This document shows positions 20,598 to 33,440 of a stretch of 64,000 nt of DNA, in pieces; position 1 is the first letter of the stretch; every line of letters begins with the position of its first letter. The translations under genes and the position numbers were made by a program. This stretch comes from Antedon mediterranea. Taxonomy: Eukaryota; Animalia; Echinodermata. The notes below the pieces were generated by a model. It saw nothing but the letters and a program-made list of their open reading frames with translations. It was not told where the DNA came from and ran no database searches. The DNA lies in the NCBI RefSeq assembly GCF_964355755.1, contig NC_092679.1:12383432-12447431 (forward strand). The letters run 5' to 3'.

Positions 20598-23500
20598 TCT
20601 ATATATTAATTTACGTAATGGAAACATTCGCGTTACTTTTAGAATGTTTACTCGATGGTATAGGCCTATAAAGTTGGTTCATATTTTCGGTACTGATTTT
20701 AACCACCTGATGTAACCCTGTTAAGTTGACTCAACGTAATTATTTAGCTTCAACGATTTGCTCCAAATAGGGATGTTTTCCGATCATTGCATACACTGTC
20801 AAATAAATGTCCATGCTGAAAAATACCCAGACACAATAATACGAGGATGCTTCGCATTTACCTATCTCCTTCTACGATAATTGTTTTTAATACCTGAAAA
20901 ACAGCTCGAGTACAGCATCATAATATTGAAGACAAACCAACATTTCTTTAAAAATACTATTTCAACATATTTAATATACGTTTGTACACACGTATTGTTT
21001 GGCGATGAATGAAACATTCCAATCTCTCAGTCTCCATAATTATTTTGTATAACAAAGTAGGTAGGCCTAAATATATGGGCTCTTGGGGATAAACTATCTG
21101 TGGGCACGACCAAGAGGTTATGCGAGCGAAGCGAGCGTGCCTTTGTAGCTCATACCAATTGTCAGTTTATGTTGTTATAACTTGGCAAATAGTGCACTTT
21201 AGGCTGTGACAAGTATCTATATATAAATTTACGTAAGGGCAAAAATCGGTAAATCGTGCGTTATTTCTAGAATGTTTACTCGATGGTATATAAAGTTGGT
21301 TCGTACTTTCGGTACTAATTTTAACCACCTGATGTAACCCTGTTTACTAATTAAATTGAGTTTGATAATTAGTTATTGACGATTAGAACGAATTTAGGTT
21401 CAACGATTTGCCCCAAATAGGGGTGTTTTCCGATCGTGGTATACACTGTCTAATGGATGTCAATTTGCAAAATACCCGCACACAATAATACGAGGACACT
21501 TCGCATTTTCCTATCTCCTCCTACGATAATTGTTTTTAATAGCTAAAAACCGGTTGAACAGTTCGAGTACAGCATCATAATGTTGAAGACAGGCCGATTT
21601 TCTTTAAAAAATGCTATTTTGATACATGTAATATACGTTTTTACAAATGTATTGATTTGTGATGAATGGAACATTCCAAATTATTTGGTTTAACCATAGA
21701 GGTATAGATTTAGATTTATGGGCCCCCTTGGAGAATAAACATAAATAGTATTGCAATGCACGTTTGATCGCAATTTGAATCTAACAGTATAATCTACTGT
21801 TAGATTATAAACATATAATATACAAATAAATAAACGTTATTACTGACAGTTGCTTCTCAACGTTTGTATTAATTAATAATTTAAAAATATATAAACGTAC
21901 GTAGTGGTGTATCGTTACATGTACTTTACTATTTCAATCGACTATGACAGTGAGAGTTTTAACAAAGTATTAAATCGTAAATGTTTTACTGTATTTGTGG
22001 TATATTATTTATAGGCCTATAAAACATTAAAAACAATATTTCGTTACTGAGTGGATAAGAATATATTTTAAAATGTTTCCTCTTTGTACCTATCTTCTTC
22101 CCCCATCCCTCAACCCTTAATGTTACATACAAAACACAAATTGGGTTTGTTTAAATGAGTCCAAATAAAAAAATTTGACTCATTTTGTTTCTCTCTCGGA
22201 AGTAATTCCCAGGGTGCTAATTTTAGCTGACATACATAAATCATCGTGTATATTTATTCGTTTCTGTAAACGACAATGTATTATAGTCCTGCAGTACGTA
22301 CATTTGAAATCTCCATTTTTTTTTCGCTGGAAAATACTGTGTATTCGAGAACCATCTGTGGGCACGACCTAGATGGTACGCGAGCGAAGCGAGCGTGCCA
22401 TCTAGTCTATATATAAATTTACGTAAGGGCAAAATTCGGTAAATCTCGCCTTACTTCTAGAATGTTTACTCGATGGTATATAAAGTTGGTTCGTACTTTC
22501 GATACTGATTTTAACCACCTGATGTAACCCTGTTTACTAATTAAATTGAGTTAGATAATTAGTTATTGACGATTAAAACGAATTTAGGTTCAACGATTTG
22601 CCCCAAATAGGGGTGTTTTCCGATCGTGGTATACACTGTCTAATGGATGTCCAACTTGAAAAATACCCGCACACAATAATACGAGGACGCTTCGCATTTT
22701 GCTATCTCCTCCTACGATAATTGTTTTTAATAGCTGAAAACCGGTTGAACAGCTCGAGTACAGCATCATAATATTGAAGACAGGCCGATTTTCTTTTAAA
22801 AAAAATATTTTGATAGATTTAATATACGTTTTTACAAATGTATTGATTTGCGATGAATGGAACATTCCAATCTCTCAGTCTGCCAGTTTGGTTTAACACA
22901 AGTAGGTAAATTTATGAGCCCTTGGAGAATAAACTTGCAATACTTTGACAATACAGTACTGCAAATACCTATTAACCATTTTTGGTCGTCATTTGAATCG
23001 AACATTTCTTACTGTGAATACTGTTAGATGTAAAAAATATATATACAAACATTTCTTACTGTGAATACTGTTAGATGTAAAAAAATATATACAAATAAAC
23101 TTTATTACTGTGATTGTGGATAGGCTCTACTGTTAGATATATAAACACGTAATACACAAATAAACTTTATTACTGACAGTTGCTTCTCAACGTTTGCATT
23201 AATTAATAATTACAAAAAATATAAACGTCGTAGTGGTGTATCGTGACATGTACTTTACTATTTCAATCGACTATGACAGTGACAGTTTTAACAAAGTATT
23301 AAATCGCAAATGTTTTACTATATTTAGTCACCGTTAGTGGTATATTATTTATAGGCCTATAAAAAATGAAAACAATATTTCGTTACTGATGTGGATAAAG
23401 AATATATTGAAAAATTGTTCCTCTTTGAACCCTCACCCTAATTGGGTTTCTTTAAATGAATAAACAATTTGGACTCATTTTGTGGTAAGTTTCTCTTTCG

Positions 23501-23691
23501 GAAGTAATTCCCAGAGTGCTAATTTTTGTTGACTACATAAATCATTGTGTCTATTTATTCGTTTCTGTAAACGACAATGTATTGTAGTCCTGCGGTACGT
23601 ACATTTGAAATCGCCAGTTTTGTAACGCTGAAATTACTGTGTATTCGAGAACCATCTGTGGGCACGACCTAGATGGTACGCGAGCGAAGCA
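20598..23691 (+). mobile_element. Three copies of a non-autonomous Helitron (20598-21148, 21216-22405, 22406-~23691)
   Basis: Each begins TCTATATAT.AATTTACGTAA. Copy 2 ends in the hairpin GATGGTACGCGAGCGAAGCGAGCGTGCCATC plus CTAG and joins directly to the TC of copy 3. Confidence 0.85.
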
Positions 23692-24599
23692 AGGCTATAG
23701 CAAACATAAAGTTATTCTTTATATCCTTTAGTATAATTGTATCATCTATTATGACATTTATAATGATTAATATTTAATATATATTAAATATTTATTTAAC
23801 TGCATGAGACGGTAATTGTGAAATGATTCGACGATAGACTCAGAAATCAGTTGTGAAAAACTTGAGATACTTTACAAAGAATATCTCAAAAAATAAAGAT
23901 AGATCTGTTGCGTTGTAAATAATATTGCCGTGAGATTTAATGAATTGAATTTTTATTGAAAATGAATAAGCCTATCATTTTTTAATCCACTGCCTGTTCT
24001 ATAAAAATATAAGAAAAGAACCTGTATCTACATAAGCTTAGACATATTTTTTTGTAATTTACAACAAATTAATTGTTTGCATTGTATTTAGTTAAATCAT
24101 TTAAGAAGACATTTCTGCATGTCCGAAAATGAATATGATTTCTTATTGTAACATGGGCCGGAGTATAATAAACAAAATTAATTAATTATAAAAACAATTT
24201 TTTTCCATGCCATGGTATTATTTTTTTCTCAACATGGTTGATTTTTTTTAATTGATGTTGTTGAATAGGGAGGTTTCGCAACCTTACGAATACGATAAAG
24301 AAAACGAATACGTCACACATTTGTGAAACTTTTGAGCTGATCCCCATTTCATATTCGTAAAGCGTATTCGTGTTGACGAATATCACCAGTCATATTCGTA
24401 ACTACAAAACGAGTATAGTTTTTGATCTATTTTGCACATTTTGCATTTGAATCACGAATGATTCATGATTATAATATAATTATAGATTAATGGAAAGTAA
24501 TTTACTAAAGTACTTTATTAAAATGCCACGTCAATTTTGATAAATAGCAGTTTTTAAAGTCCTCACTCACTTTGATGTTACGCTAGGCCTAGGCAGCCA

Positions 24600-25202
24600 A
24601 GCACCAAGCAACACGTACCTGCACTTGATCGTTCAAATTTACCGCAGTCATATTTTGGAAGGCGCCCTCAATATTTCGTTGCCATGCGACATTATTTTTG
24701 GTTTTTTTCCACGGTCACCGTCGCCATCTTCTGATGATGAAGAATCGTCAGAACTACAATCGGGCTCGTACATGTACGGCCGAATTAATTTCATCGACAT
24801 TCCATTCAATATTTCGATTGTTAAACAAAATAGTTTCTCCTTCATTCTCCTCAGTTTCGCATTCCACTATCAATGTTTCCTCTTCTAATTCCTCTGACGA
24901 AGAACTGTCAAAATCATACGCGATACGTGTTGACATCCTAGTTTGTACAGTACACAGCGGGTACACAGCTCAGGCGCGCGAAAAAGTTTCTTCATCTCAT
25001 GACGTCACTATCAGAGGTTACCGGAAAATGCCGAAAAAACCCCGAATAGTCGTGAACTGAGAGCAGTTGCGCGAAATAGAAGAAAACACTTTAATTATGT
25101 CCTGAAAACTTTTAATTTATTGTCTGTTTCAAATATCCATCAAGGGGAACAACTATAATACTACTATTTTGCATAAACATCAAATACCATGTTCCATGAT
25201 CT
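24600..25202 (-). mobile_element. Kolobok transposon remnant A (terminus + KolX N-terminal fragment)
   Basis: Terminus CATCAAATACCATGTTCCATGATCT followed by TTAA. Frameshifted acidic ORF from ATG 24936 (MSTRIAYD...RPYMYEPD). Left end not located. Confidence 0.6.
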
Positions 25203-25878
25203 TTAAGGATATATTGTCCCACAAAATCATGAAAATTAAAGATTTATAAAATCAGACTTTTTTTTCAGACAATTCAAGCAGAGAATATTCAACTTCAAAC
25301 CCAGTTATTAAATTGGTTAGTAGTACTAGGCCTATCTCTTTTATTAAAAATTAATGTATAACTTTATTGTATAATTAACAATTCCCTAGTAGATAACTAC
25401 GATATTCTTCCGTCATGCCAGTGTGTATTGTGGCTTAGTTAGGCCTAGAGGCTAGGCCTAGGCCCTACTACTCCAATTCATGCGGCTAGCCCTCTCACCG
25501 GCGACGGTCGGCTATCGTCTATAAGCCTAGAGCCTAGATTGAATTTTTTTAACTTAATAAAGATTAAATTGAATCGTAGAAAGCAAAAATGTACATTACG
25601 GTATTAGACTGACCATTTTATTTAACAAATTTCCACTTTGTTGTTTGAAATAGGCCTAGTAGGGTAGGCCTAGATAGATAGGCCCACCCCTCCTAGGCTA
25701 GCCAAGATGCAGATTTATTTTCCTATTTCACACACAATACATTAAATTAATCATTAATAATCACTAAAACTTTAAAAATATTTAATATAGCGCCCTATAA
25801 ATTGTGACATCTCAGAATATTGTAGCGCTCTAGAGCGCTACAATATTATTACAAAATATTTTTGTTTTTATAATACAG

Positions 25879-27201
25879 GTGTGATTGTGGCCATTGCCAG
25901 ATGCTACCCACGTATCGCGAATGTCAATGTGGCCAGGAAGCGATTTTTTTTTTCGTACATAAGTTGGGGACCCCTTCATGAAACGTCACAAAATAAACAT
26001 GAATAATTCATCAGTTAAATTTGTTGTTCCGTGTGCACCCAAGCGTATAGCAACAAGAAGTGATTACACAACTGCGATACGATACTTTCTACAGTAGGCC
26101 TAGGATTATAAGTCAATTCACGGGATTGCCTTCGCGCACTCTTCTTCACACAAAATGTGTCGAGTCGAGGCTAATCGACAGCTAGGCAAGTACGGCAAGA
26201 CATTAAACTAAGTAGTAATTCATTGGACATAGCCCAAAGAAAGCTTAGACCCACAAGAATAAAGAATGTGTATAATTTGTGTACTGTATTTTTTTAATTC
26301 TGCTATTTTATTATCAAACAATATGCATGTACAGTACTCAAAGGAACTTTAAAAATGCGCGTATATGAACACATGTCGAGATGGGAAGATTTGACCCACG
26401 AGAATAAACATGTATTTTTGTGTAATGTTTATTGTTTAATTTTGCTGACTTAACACACACACGTCACACACACCCACACAGCTAGCTACTGCTAGAATAG
26501 ACATGGGTTTAGAGACTAATAATTAGGCCTAATACTAATAGTATTAATAGAAACTACAGTTTTAACACGTAATTCTTTAGTAAAAAATTATATTAAAAAC
26601 ACCATAAACTAAAGGCTGATTATTTCGACAATCCACACAAAACGCCGCTATTCTTCTATGAAATCGCACGCCGCTACAACAGCGAAGATAGGCCTAGAAT
26701 CGTACCGCACGTGTAATCACTTCTTGTTGCTATACGCTTGGGTGCACACGGAACAAGAAAATTTAACTGATGAATTATTCATGTTTATTTTGTGACGTTT
26801 CATGAGGGGGTCCCCAACTTATGTACGAAAAAAAAAATCGCGGCCAGGAAGCAGGCCCTATTATTTATTAATCATAGGCTGGAGGAAGGTCAGACAATTT
26901 ACATTACGGAGAAGCCTACATATGCATCACTGAACATCCTGGATTCACTGCTGCCTGTTTGAATTTGCATGTGTTGGAAATTGCATGGCTGCATTACCGC
27001 CAACAGTATGACGCACCTGTTGAAGCCTCAAAACATAAACGTCTGAGACATATTGCGTACCGGCAACTCGCCAGATGGTGTTGGGGGTTTTTGGGCCGAA
27101 ACCTAAGGGTAGTCTTACCATCATGTGCCGTTTCCTGCATAAGAGCCCACTTCCCACCACCAGGTATGGAAGATGATTTCCAGTTTGCTGGATTGGATTG
27201 A
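25879..27201 (+). pseudogene. KolX / P2X7 C-terminal (ballast)-like Cys-rich protein, interrupted
   Basis: CDCGHCQMLPTYRECQCGQE, then after a 902-bp insertion CITEHPGFTAACLN..VL...RHIAYRQLARWCWGFLGRNLRVVLPSCAVSCIRAHFP. Confidence 0.8.
25940..26841. mobile_element. Non-autonomous TIR transposon with 9-bp TSD (MULE-like)
   Basis: ~130-bp TIRs (GCGATTTTTTTTTTCGTACATAAGTTGGGGACCCC...). GGCCAGGAA duplicated at 25931-25939 and 26842-26850. Confidence 0.8.
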
Positions 27202-27591
27202 GTAAACATTTAGCACCAACTTGTATTGAGATTACAATTAACCACATACAATTATTTACTGTACTTCATAAAGGAAAGTATTGTACACTGTATCTGATAG
27301 AAATAAAATGATCAAATAGAAATAAAATATATATTTCTCTGACAAAATTTATTAAAAAATTATGCACACAAGTGAATATTTTGTGCATAAAATTGTTGGC
27401 TCTGGATTGTGGAGCTGTATCCACATAAACAAATGGCTTTTAATCTTTCACTAAAAAAACGAAATAATGATTTATAATAAAAAGCATGATGGAATGTATC
27501 TCATTTCTTGGAGTATGTATTATAGTACTTCTTATTTGAGTTGATCAGTGGACCTTTTGGCTGCTGAATTATTTACTGCATAATTTTTGCC

Positions 27592-27758
27592 TTAGTTGTT
27601 CACATTTGGAAATCTTGTGAAGTGGTTGGCAATAGCGGTCTCTTTGTCGGGGCGTTCAAATCCTGAACAGAGTTGGGGTGGCGCATCAACAACATCAACA
27701 TCTTCTGCTGTCCCTTCAACAATGCTCATTACCTCCAACATGAGGTCATCCACATACC
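27592..27758 (-). pseudogene. Last exon of a Kolobok-type DDE transposase
   Basis: AG acceptor, then YVDDLMLEV...APPQLCSGFERPDKETAIANHFTRFPNVNN*. Confidence 0.6.
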
Positions 27759-28295
27759 CTGCGAAATAATAATACGGTACTGTAAGAACAAAATCATTTG
27801 TAAAAGTGCAATAAGATTATATAATTTATAATTTGACTTTTCTAAAGCAAATTTCAAATGGTTCAATTTTTGTTCTAATCAATAGAGAATATAGTGCAAT
27901 CTGTAATGCAACTTACAAATTATTACAGTCAGGTTGTGCACAAGCTTTATTTTTATGAGGGCAGAACAACTCCCCACCTGAACTATTATGCTGGGGCTTT
28001 CAACACAGTACTACTAGCCTAGGCCATTTGTGTTGCTGGAGTTTTAAAACCGAATTAATCACCTACTTACTACTCTACTAGTACTACCTACCTTTTAGTT
28101 AATCGACACAATAACTTCAGTTTTACTAATTTTTTTATTGCGTTTAAAAACACGATAATAATGCATTCGTATAACTGACTGTAACTAACCATTCCAAAGT
28201 TTGGGTCCGTAATTGAAAATGTAAACCTTGGCCTAGGACCATGTATTGTTGGTCTGGTCAATTTCCCCACGACGTTCTTCGCCGCCTTCGCGTTG

Positions 28296-30938
28296 TAGTC
28301 CATGGGATTTAGACTTTTAACTCACACAAATTGCAAGAAAAGGTTTTTTTTGATGAAATGTGTTCTTTAGACCCTACTGAAGACATTTATCAACGTTAGG
28401 ACATTTTTCGACAACGGGAAGTAGCCTAATTTGCATAATTAAAAATGGCGGCCATTTTTAATAACGTACTATGTATCTTGGAAACCGCTAGTCACAGATA
28501 CTTAATTATGGTGTTAAAATCGTTAGAATATATGTATTTATATTCACTTTAATGAAAAAGTTTGTCCAAAAATGAATGGAAGTGCTTTTTCTAACATTAT
28601 TGACCTTTGACCTTGATTTATCATATCTCAGCAACCACTAATCGGAGATATACAAATTAGGGCTTAAATTGTTCAGAAACTACACAATATATCCAGTCTA
28701 ATGGCATGTTTTTGCAAAAAATGGCGGATTCTAACATTATTGACCTTTGACCTTGGTTTATCATATCTCAGCAACCACTAATCGGAGATATACAAATTAG
28801 GGCTTAAATTGTTCAGAAACTACACATTTATATCCAGTCTAATGGCATGTTTTTGCAAAAAATGGCCGATTCTAACATTATTGACCTTTGAACTTTACAC
28901 TACATAAAATCGCATAACTTTGAAAATATTGTACATATGAAATTATTTTTAGTGTCAAATTGTTCAGAACATACATGTTTCTATAGAGTCCAATAACACA
29001 TTATGTACAATAATGGCCTATTGTATGGTTATTAACATTTGAACGATATTTGAAAAGGATTTAAACCCGGAATCTTCTTTATATGGACATCCATTAGAAC
29101 ATGTGATTTGGCACTCTAAAATGTAAGAGTTGCAACGTTGACTTATTATGTTTAGTTTAAAGTAGGCCATTGGTACATTAAATTTATAAGCATAAACTAT
29201 TGCATTCATAAACTGCCTACAAGTTTACACGTTTGTTTATTTTATTTCTTATCGTCTTCGCAGCTGAAGCTGAATTACAAGATAATTATATTAAAAGAAT
29301 TAAAATTGATGGTTAAAAATGGTAAAAATTAAACCACATAGAAACATGGTACATACACAATACATTCACGTAAAAAAAGTACAAAAACAAATTATAAAAG
29401 GTTAAAAACTATACACCACTAGTAGTCATACTGTATAATAATGGTTTATATTGAAATAATAAATAAATTCCATAAGAAACTGAGGTTTTTACTGTATACG
29501 GCAAAAATATTGCAAGTGGTGGTCAGCCTAATTATGAGTCTCGATAGCCAATTTAAACTAAACTAAATATGTTGCATTAATATCGATCTTTTAAAATTCC
29601 AGTTGTCAACAATTCGTCTAGTAGTAGAAAAGGCCTTCTTAATAAGACTATGTTTCAACCTAAAAGAATGCCCTCAAGAGTGATGCTATCCTTAACACAA
29701 AATATAAACCAGGGAGTTGTTATTAGACAACTCCCTGTATAAACTAAATAATCTTTAGAAATTTGTTTGTTGAATATGCCATTTAATGCCAATTTAATTT
29801 GATCGAAAAATAAATTACTAATTTGAAAAAAACTTTAATAAACCTGCAAAATGACATGGCCTATTTAAAGTATGTACAATATATCATAAAAAAACGACAT
29901 CTTTGTTGGCTCTGTTAATAGTGTGAACACCAACTTTCTCCTGAGTAAGATGTAAGACCTAATTTAAAATGTATTAATAATCCAAACCTATAATGTATGT
30001 ATACATAGTCTAATATTTTTTTTAAAGTGAATATTTTCAGTAACTAAATTAAATCAACTGGTTACATGCACTTTAAATTACCACCATATTCTAAACAACA
30101 AGTACGGTAGTGCCAAATCACATGTTCTAATGAATGCCTACATGAAGAAGATTCCGGGTTTAAATCCTTTTCAAATATAGTTCAAATGTTAATAACCATA
30201 CAATAGGCCATTATTGGACAAAATGTGTCATTGGACTCTATAGAAACATGTATGTTTTGAACAATTTGACACTAAAAATAATTTCATATGTACAATATTT
30301 TCAAAGTTATGCGATTTTATGTAGTGTAAAGTTCAAAGGTCAATAATGTTAGAATCGGCCATTTTTTGCAAAAACATGCCATTAGATTAAATATAAATGT
30401 GTAGTTTCTGAACATTTTGAGCCATATTTTGTGTCTCTCCTATTAGTGGTTGCTAAGATATGATAACTCAAGGTCAAAGGTCAATAATGTTAGAATCCGC
30501 CATTTTTTGCAAAAACATGCCATTAGACTGGATATAAATGTGTAGTTTCTGAACAATTTAAGCCCTAATTTGTATATCTCCGATTAGTGGTTGCTGAGAT
30601 ATGATAAATCAAGGTCAAAGGTCAATAATGTTAGAAAAAGCACTTCCATTCATTTTTGGACAAACTTTTTCATTAAAGTGAATATAAATACATATATTCT
30701 AACGATTTTAACACCATAATTAAGTATCTGTGACTAGCGGTTTCCAAGATACATAGTACGTTATTAAAAATGGCCGCCATTTTTAATTATGCAAATTAGG
30801 CTACTTCCCGTTGTCGAAAAATGTCCTAACGTTGATAAATGTCTTCAGTAGGGTCTAAAGAACACATTTCATCAAAAAAACCTTTTCTTGCAATTTGTGT
30901 GAGAAAAGGGTCATTTTTTAGCTAAATCCCATGGACTA
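28296..30938. mobile_element. Non-autonomous long-TIR element, Academ-like
   Basis: ~800-bp inverted arms with internal ~127-bp repeats; termini TAGTCCATGGGA...TCCCATGGACTA; 3-bp TSD TTG (28293-28295, 30939-30941). Confidence 0.78.
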
Positions 30939-31165
30939 TTGGTCCGCCTCGCCTTCAGAATCGGTGAGATCGGGCTCTCATATACGGTTGAATTAATTGC
31001 ATTCAATAACACTTTCTTGCGTATCCATAACGTCGTCTCCTTCATCTTCATCAATTTCGAATTCATGATGGATAGTTTCCTCTTCAAAATCAGACTCCGA
31101 ACTGTCGAGATCGTACACAATACGTGTTGACATCTTGCCGATACAGTACAGTTTGTATACAATAA

Positions 31166-31995
31166 AGCCCCTTTCTCACAGAGCTGAGTGCCAGGAATAT
31201 TGCGGGAATATACCATTACCATGCCGGTATGGTTTTCTGTGAGAACGGGTCGTCTTGGCATCATGCCGGCACCATGCCGGCATCGACATGACCTGCTTTA
31301 GACCTAGTAATATTCTAGGGATATTCCCCGCAATGCCAGACGGGCATTCTGTGAGAACGTAACGTCGTTATATTCCGGGGTTCCCTGTCGAGGCTTCAGA
31401 CACCTTGCGCGGTCAAGTGTATCACTTTGGCGCCGATTCAATTCAATTAACAATAATAATGTCAAACTGGAGGGATAATGAGATAAGAGAGCTGCTTAAA
31501 ATAAGGGGACAAGAAGAAATTTGTAGCATAATCTATAGCAGGCCTGGGCCATATAGGCCTAGCTAGCTCTTTGTTGGTGCCTAACTAGCCTGACCCTTCG
31601 TCGCCTTGTAAATTGTACAGCCTCCTAAGGTGTTTTACAGATTGCCGATGACGGCTAATTAATTGCTGTACCTGTATAATATATGCACAATATACTGTAC
31701 ATAGCATGTATTGCATAAATATGCTATAAAGGAAGATAATAATCTGTAACCTAACATTCGCCGCCATATATCCCTAGACAAAAATAATAACAATAAAGGA
31801 CGCCCTCAATAATTATTTTGTCAGAGACTTTTTATTGGCCGAATATGCCCGACTCCTTTCTCACAGAAAGCCGGTATATACCGGTTATATTTCCGGCACG
31901 ATAGTCCGATGAGAATGGGTATATGCCGGTAACGATACCGGCACGACGCCAGCACTGTACCGGTATATTGCAGACACATCTGTGAGAAAGGGGCT
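31166..31995. mobile_element. Internally deleted PIF/Harbinger element
   Basis: TIR AGCCCCTTTCTCACAGA, TAA on both flanks, and a Myb/SANT-like fragment MSNWRDNEIRELLKIRGQEEI at 31459. Confidence 0.82.
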
Positions 31996-33440
31996 TAAGA
32001 GAGATGCGTCGCGACCAGGGCAGGCAGTGTGTTCATCTTATGACGTCACGATTTATCGCCTTGGATTTCCTGCTTCCAAATTCGACTTCGGAGATATAAA
32101 CTCCGATCTATGTAAATCATAAAAAATTCATAATTTACGCTTATAGAATTTATTTTATCAAAACGTACTAATAAAATCAACATATTCAGACCCAAATCAG
32201 CCAAAAAACGTTATACATCAAATACCATGTTCCATGATCTTTAAACTAAATCTTACCTATTTGATATTTGATCTCTAGTGAAAATATAAGATCGCGCACG
32301 TGCATTCACCACCAGTCTTAAAACTAAAAATGAGGGAAGAGTCTTTGTACTGCCATACAAATTGTCATTATAAATTCATTAAAAAAAAAGATAGTAAATA
32401 CACGGCCTAATTAGTAGTCATTTGAAAGGTTGACGGAAAGGAAGAACCCACTCAAAACCCAGTTACAACTGACTGCTGGGCAAAGACTTTAAAAAAATAC
32501 ATCGTACGTATTGAAATGCATTATCCATATAAATCATTTCCATTCATTTCTGGTTTCGTCACGTTTCGTGCGTAATCACAAGTAGAGGAATAATTATGTA
32601 TAATGAATAATTCATGTTTTCTGCATTGCCTACCACGGAAAGAATAATATAGGCCTACAGCAGGCAGGCGGAGATATGATAATTCATATAAATGTATGAA
32701 TAGGAATTCATATAACGACAGGTATGTTGTATTGTGTAACCCTACATTTTCAAACATCATTGTAGAAAAGTACGATAGACTATAGCTTTGTATTCACGTT
32801 CAGAGGTCGATAATTGTTGGATTAAAATTTACTGAAATTGTCAAAAATGGCGATTAAAGACACGGCATTACAATACAATACAATACTTATATTTACTTTA
32901 GGCATACATATACTAGAACAAACCCCATTTCGAACTGTTAGTGGTTGCCTACCATTGATAGTAATTGATGTAACGGGCCGCTGATTTTGATTCATTTTAT
33001 AGAAATAATATGCTCTATATAATAAGTGTTAATGTGTACTAAAATTAATATACTTGAACATAAAGCAATAACTACTCTCTCGCTACGTTTAATTACCCTC
33101 TAGCAATAAAGGGGACCACAATGCAATTCATTGTATGCAGCTAGGTTTGCTTAACCGATTTCCTGTTCAGTGGTGCATCCAATCAGAATGTTTCTAATTG
33201 TCTCCGAGATAAAAAAACAATTTATTGTTATGAATCAAGCAAAGTACACACAAGTCCAACAAAGTAGGAAATAGAATAAGATTTCAAATGATATTTTAAA
33301 AACAGCGACTAACGATTTGCGAGGCAGTACATAAAGATAAAATATACATTCAGTTGAAATAGAGCTTCTCAAATAGTGTTTATATAAAACAATTTGTTTA
33401 GATTATAGTAGCTATAATATTGACTATCCCATAGAAATCC

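Larger units (their letters stand above)
25207..27800. mobile_element. Kolobok transposon remnant B with convergent KolX and transposase remnants
   Basis: Starts TTAA|GGATATATTGTCCC, a terminus like that of the MITE at 43594. Plus-strand KolX and minus-strand transposase tail face each other. Confidence 0.65.
28200..32240 (-). mobile_element. Kolobok transposon remnant C (same family as A), split by two insertions
   Basis: Same terminus as A ending at 32240, followed by TTAA. KolX-like start MSTRIVYDLDSSESD at 31133 continues across the 28296-30938 insertion (DSEGEADQ|REGGEERRGE). Confidence 0.65.
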
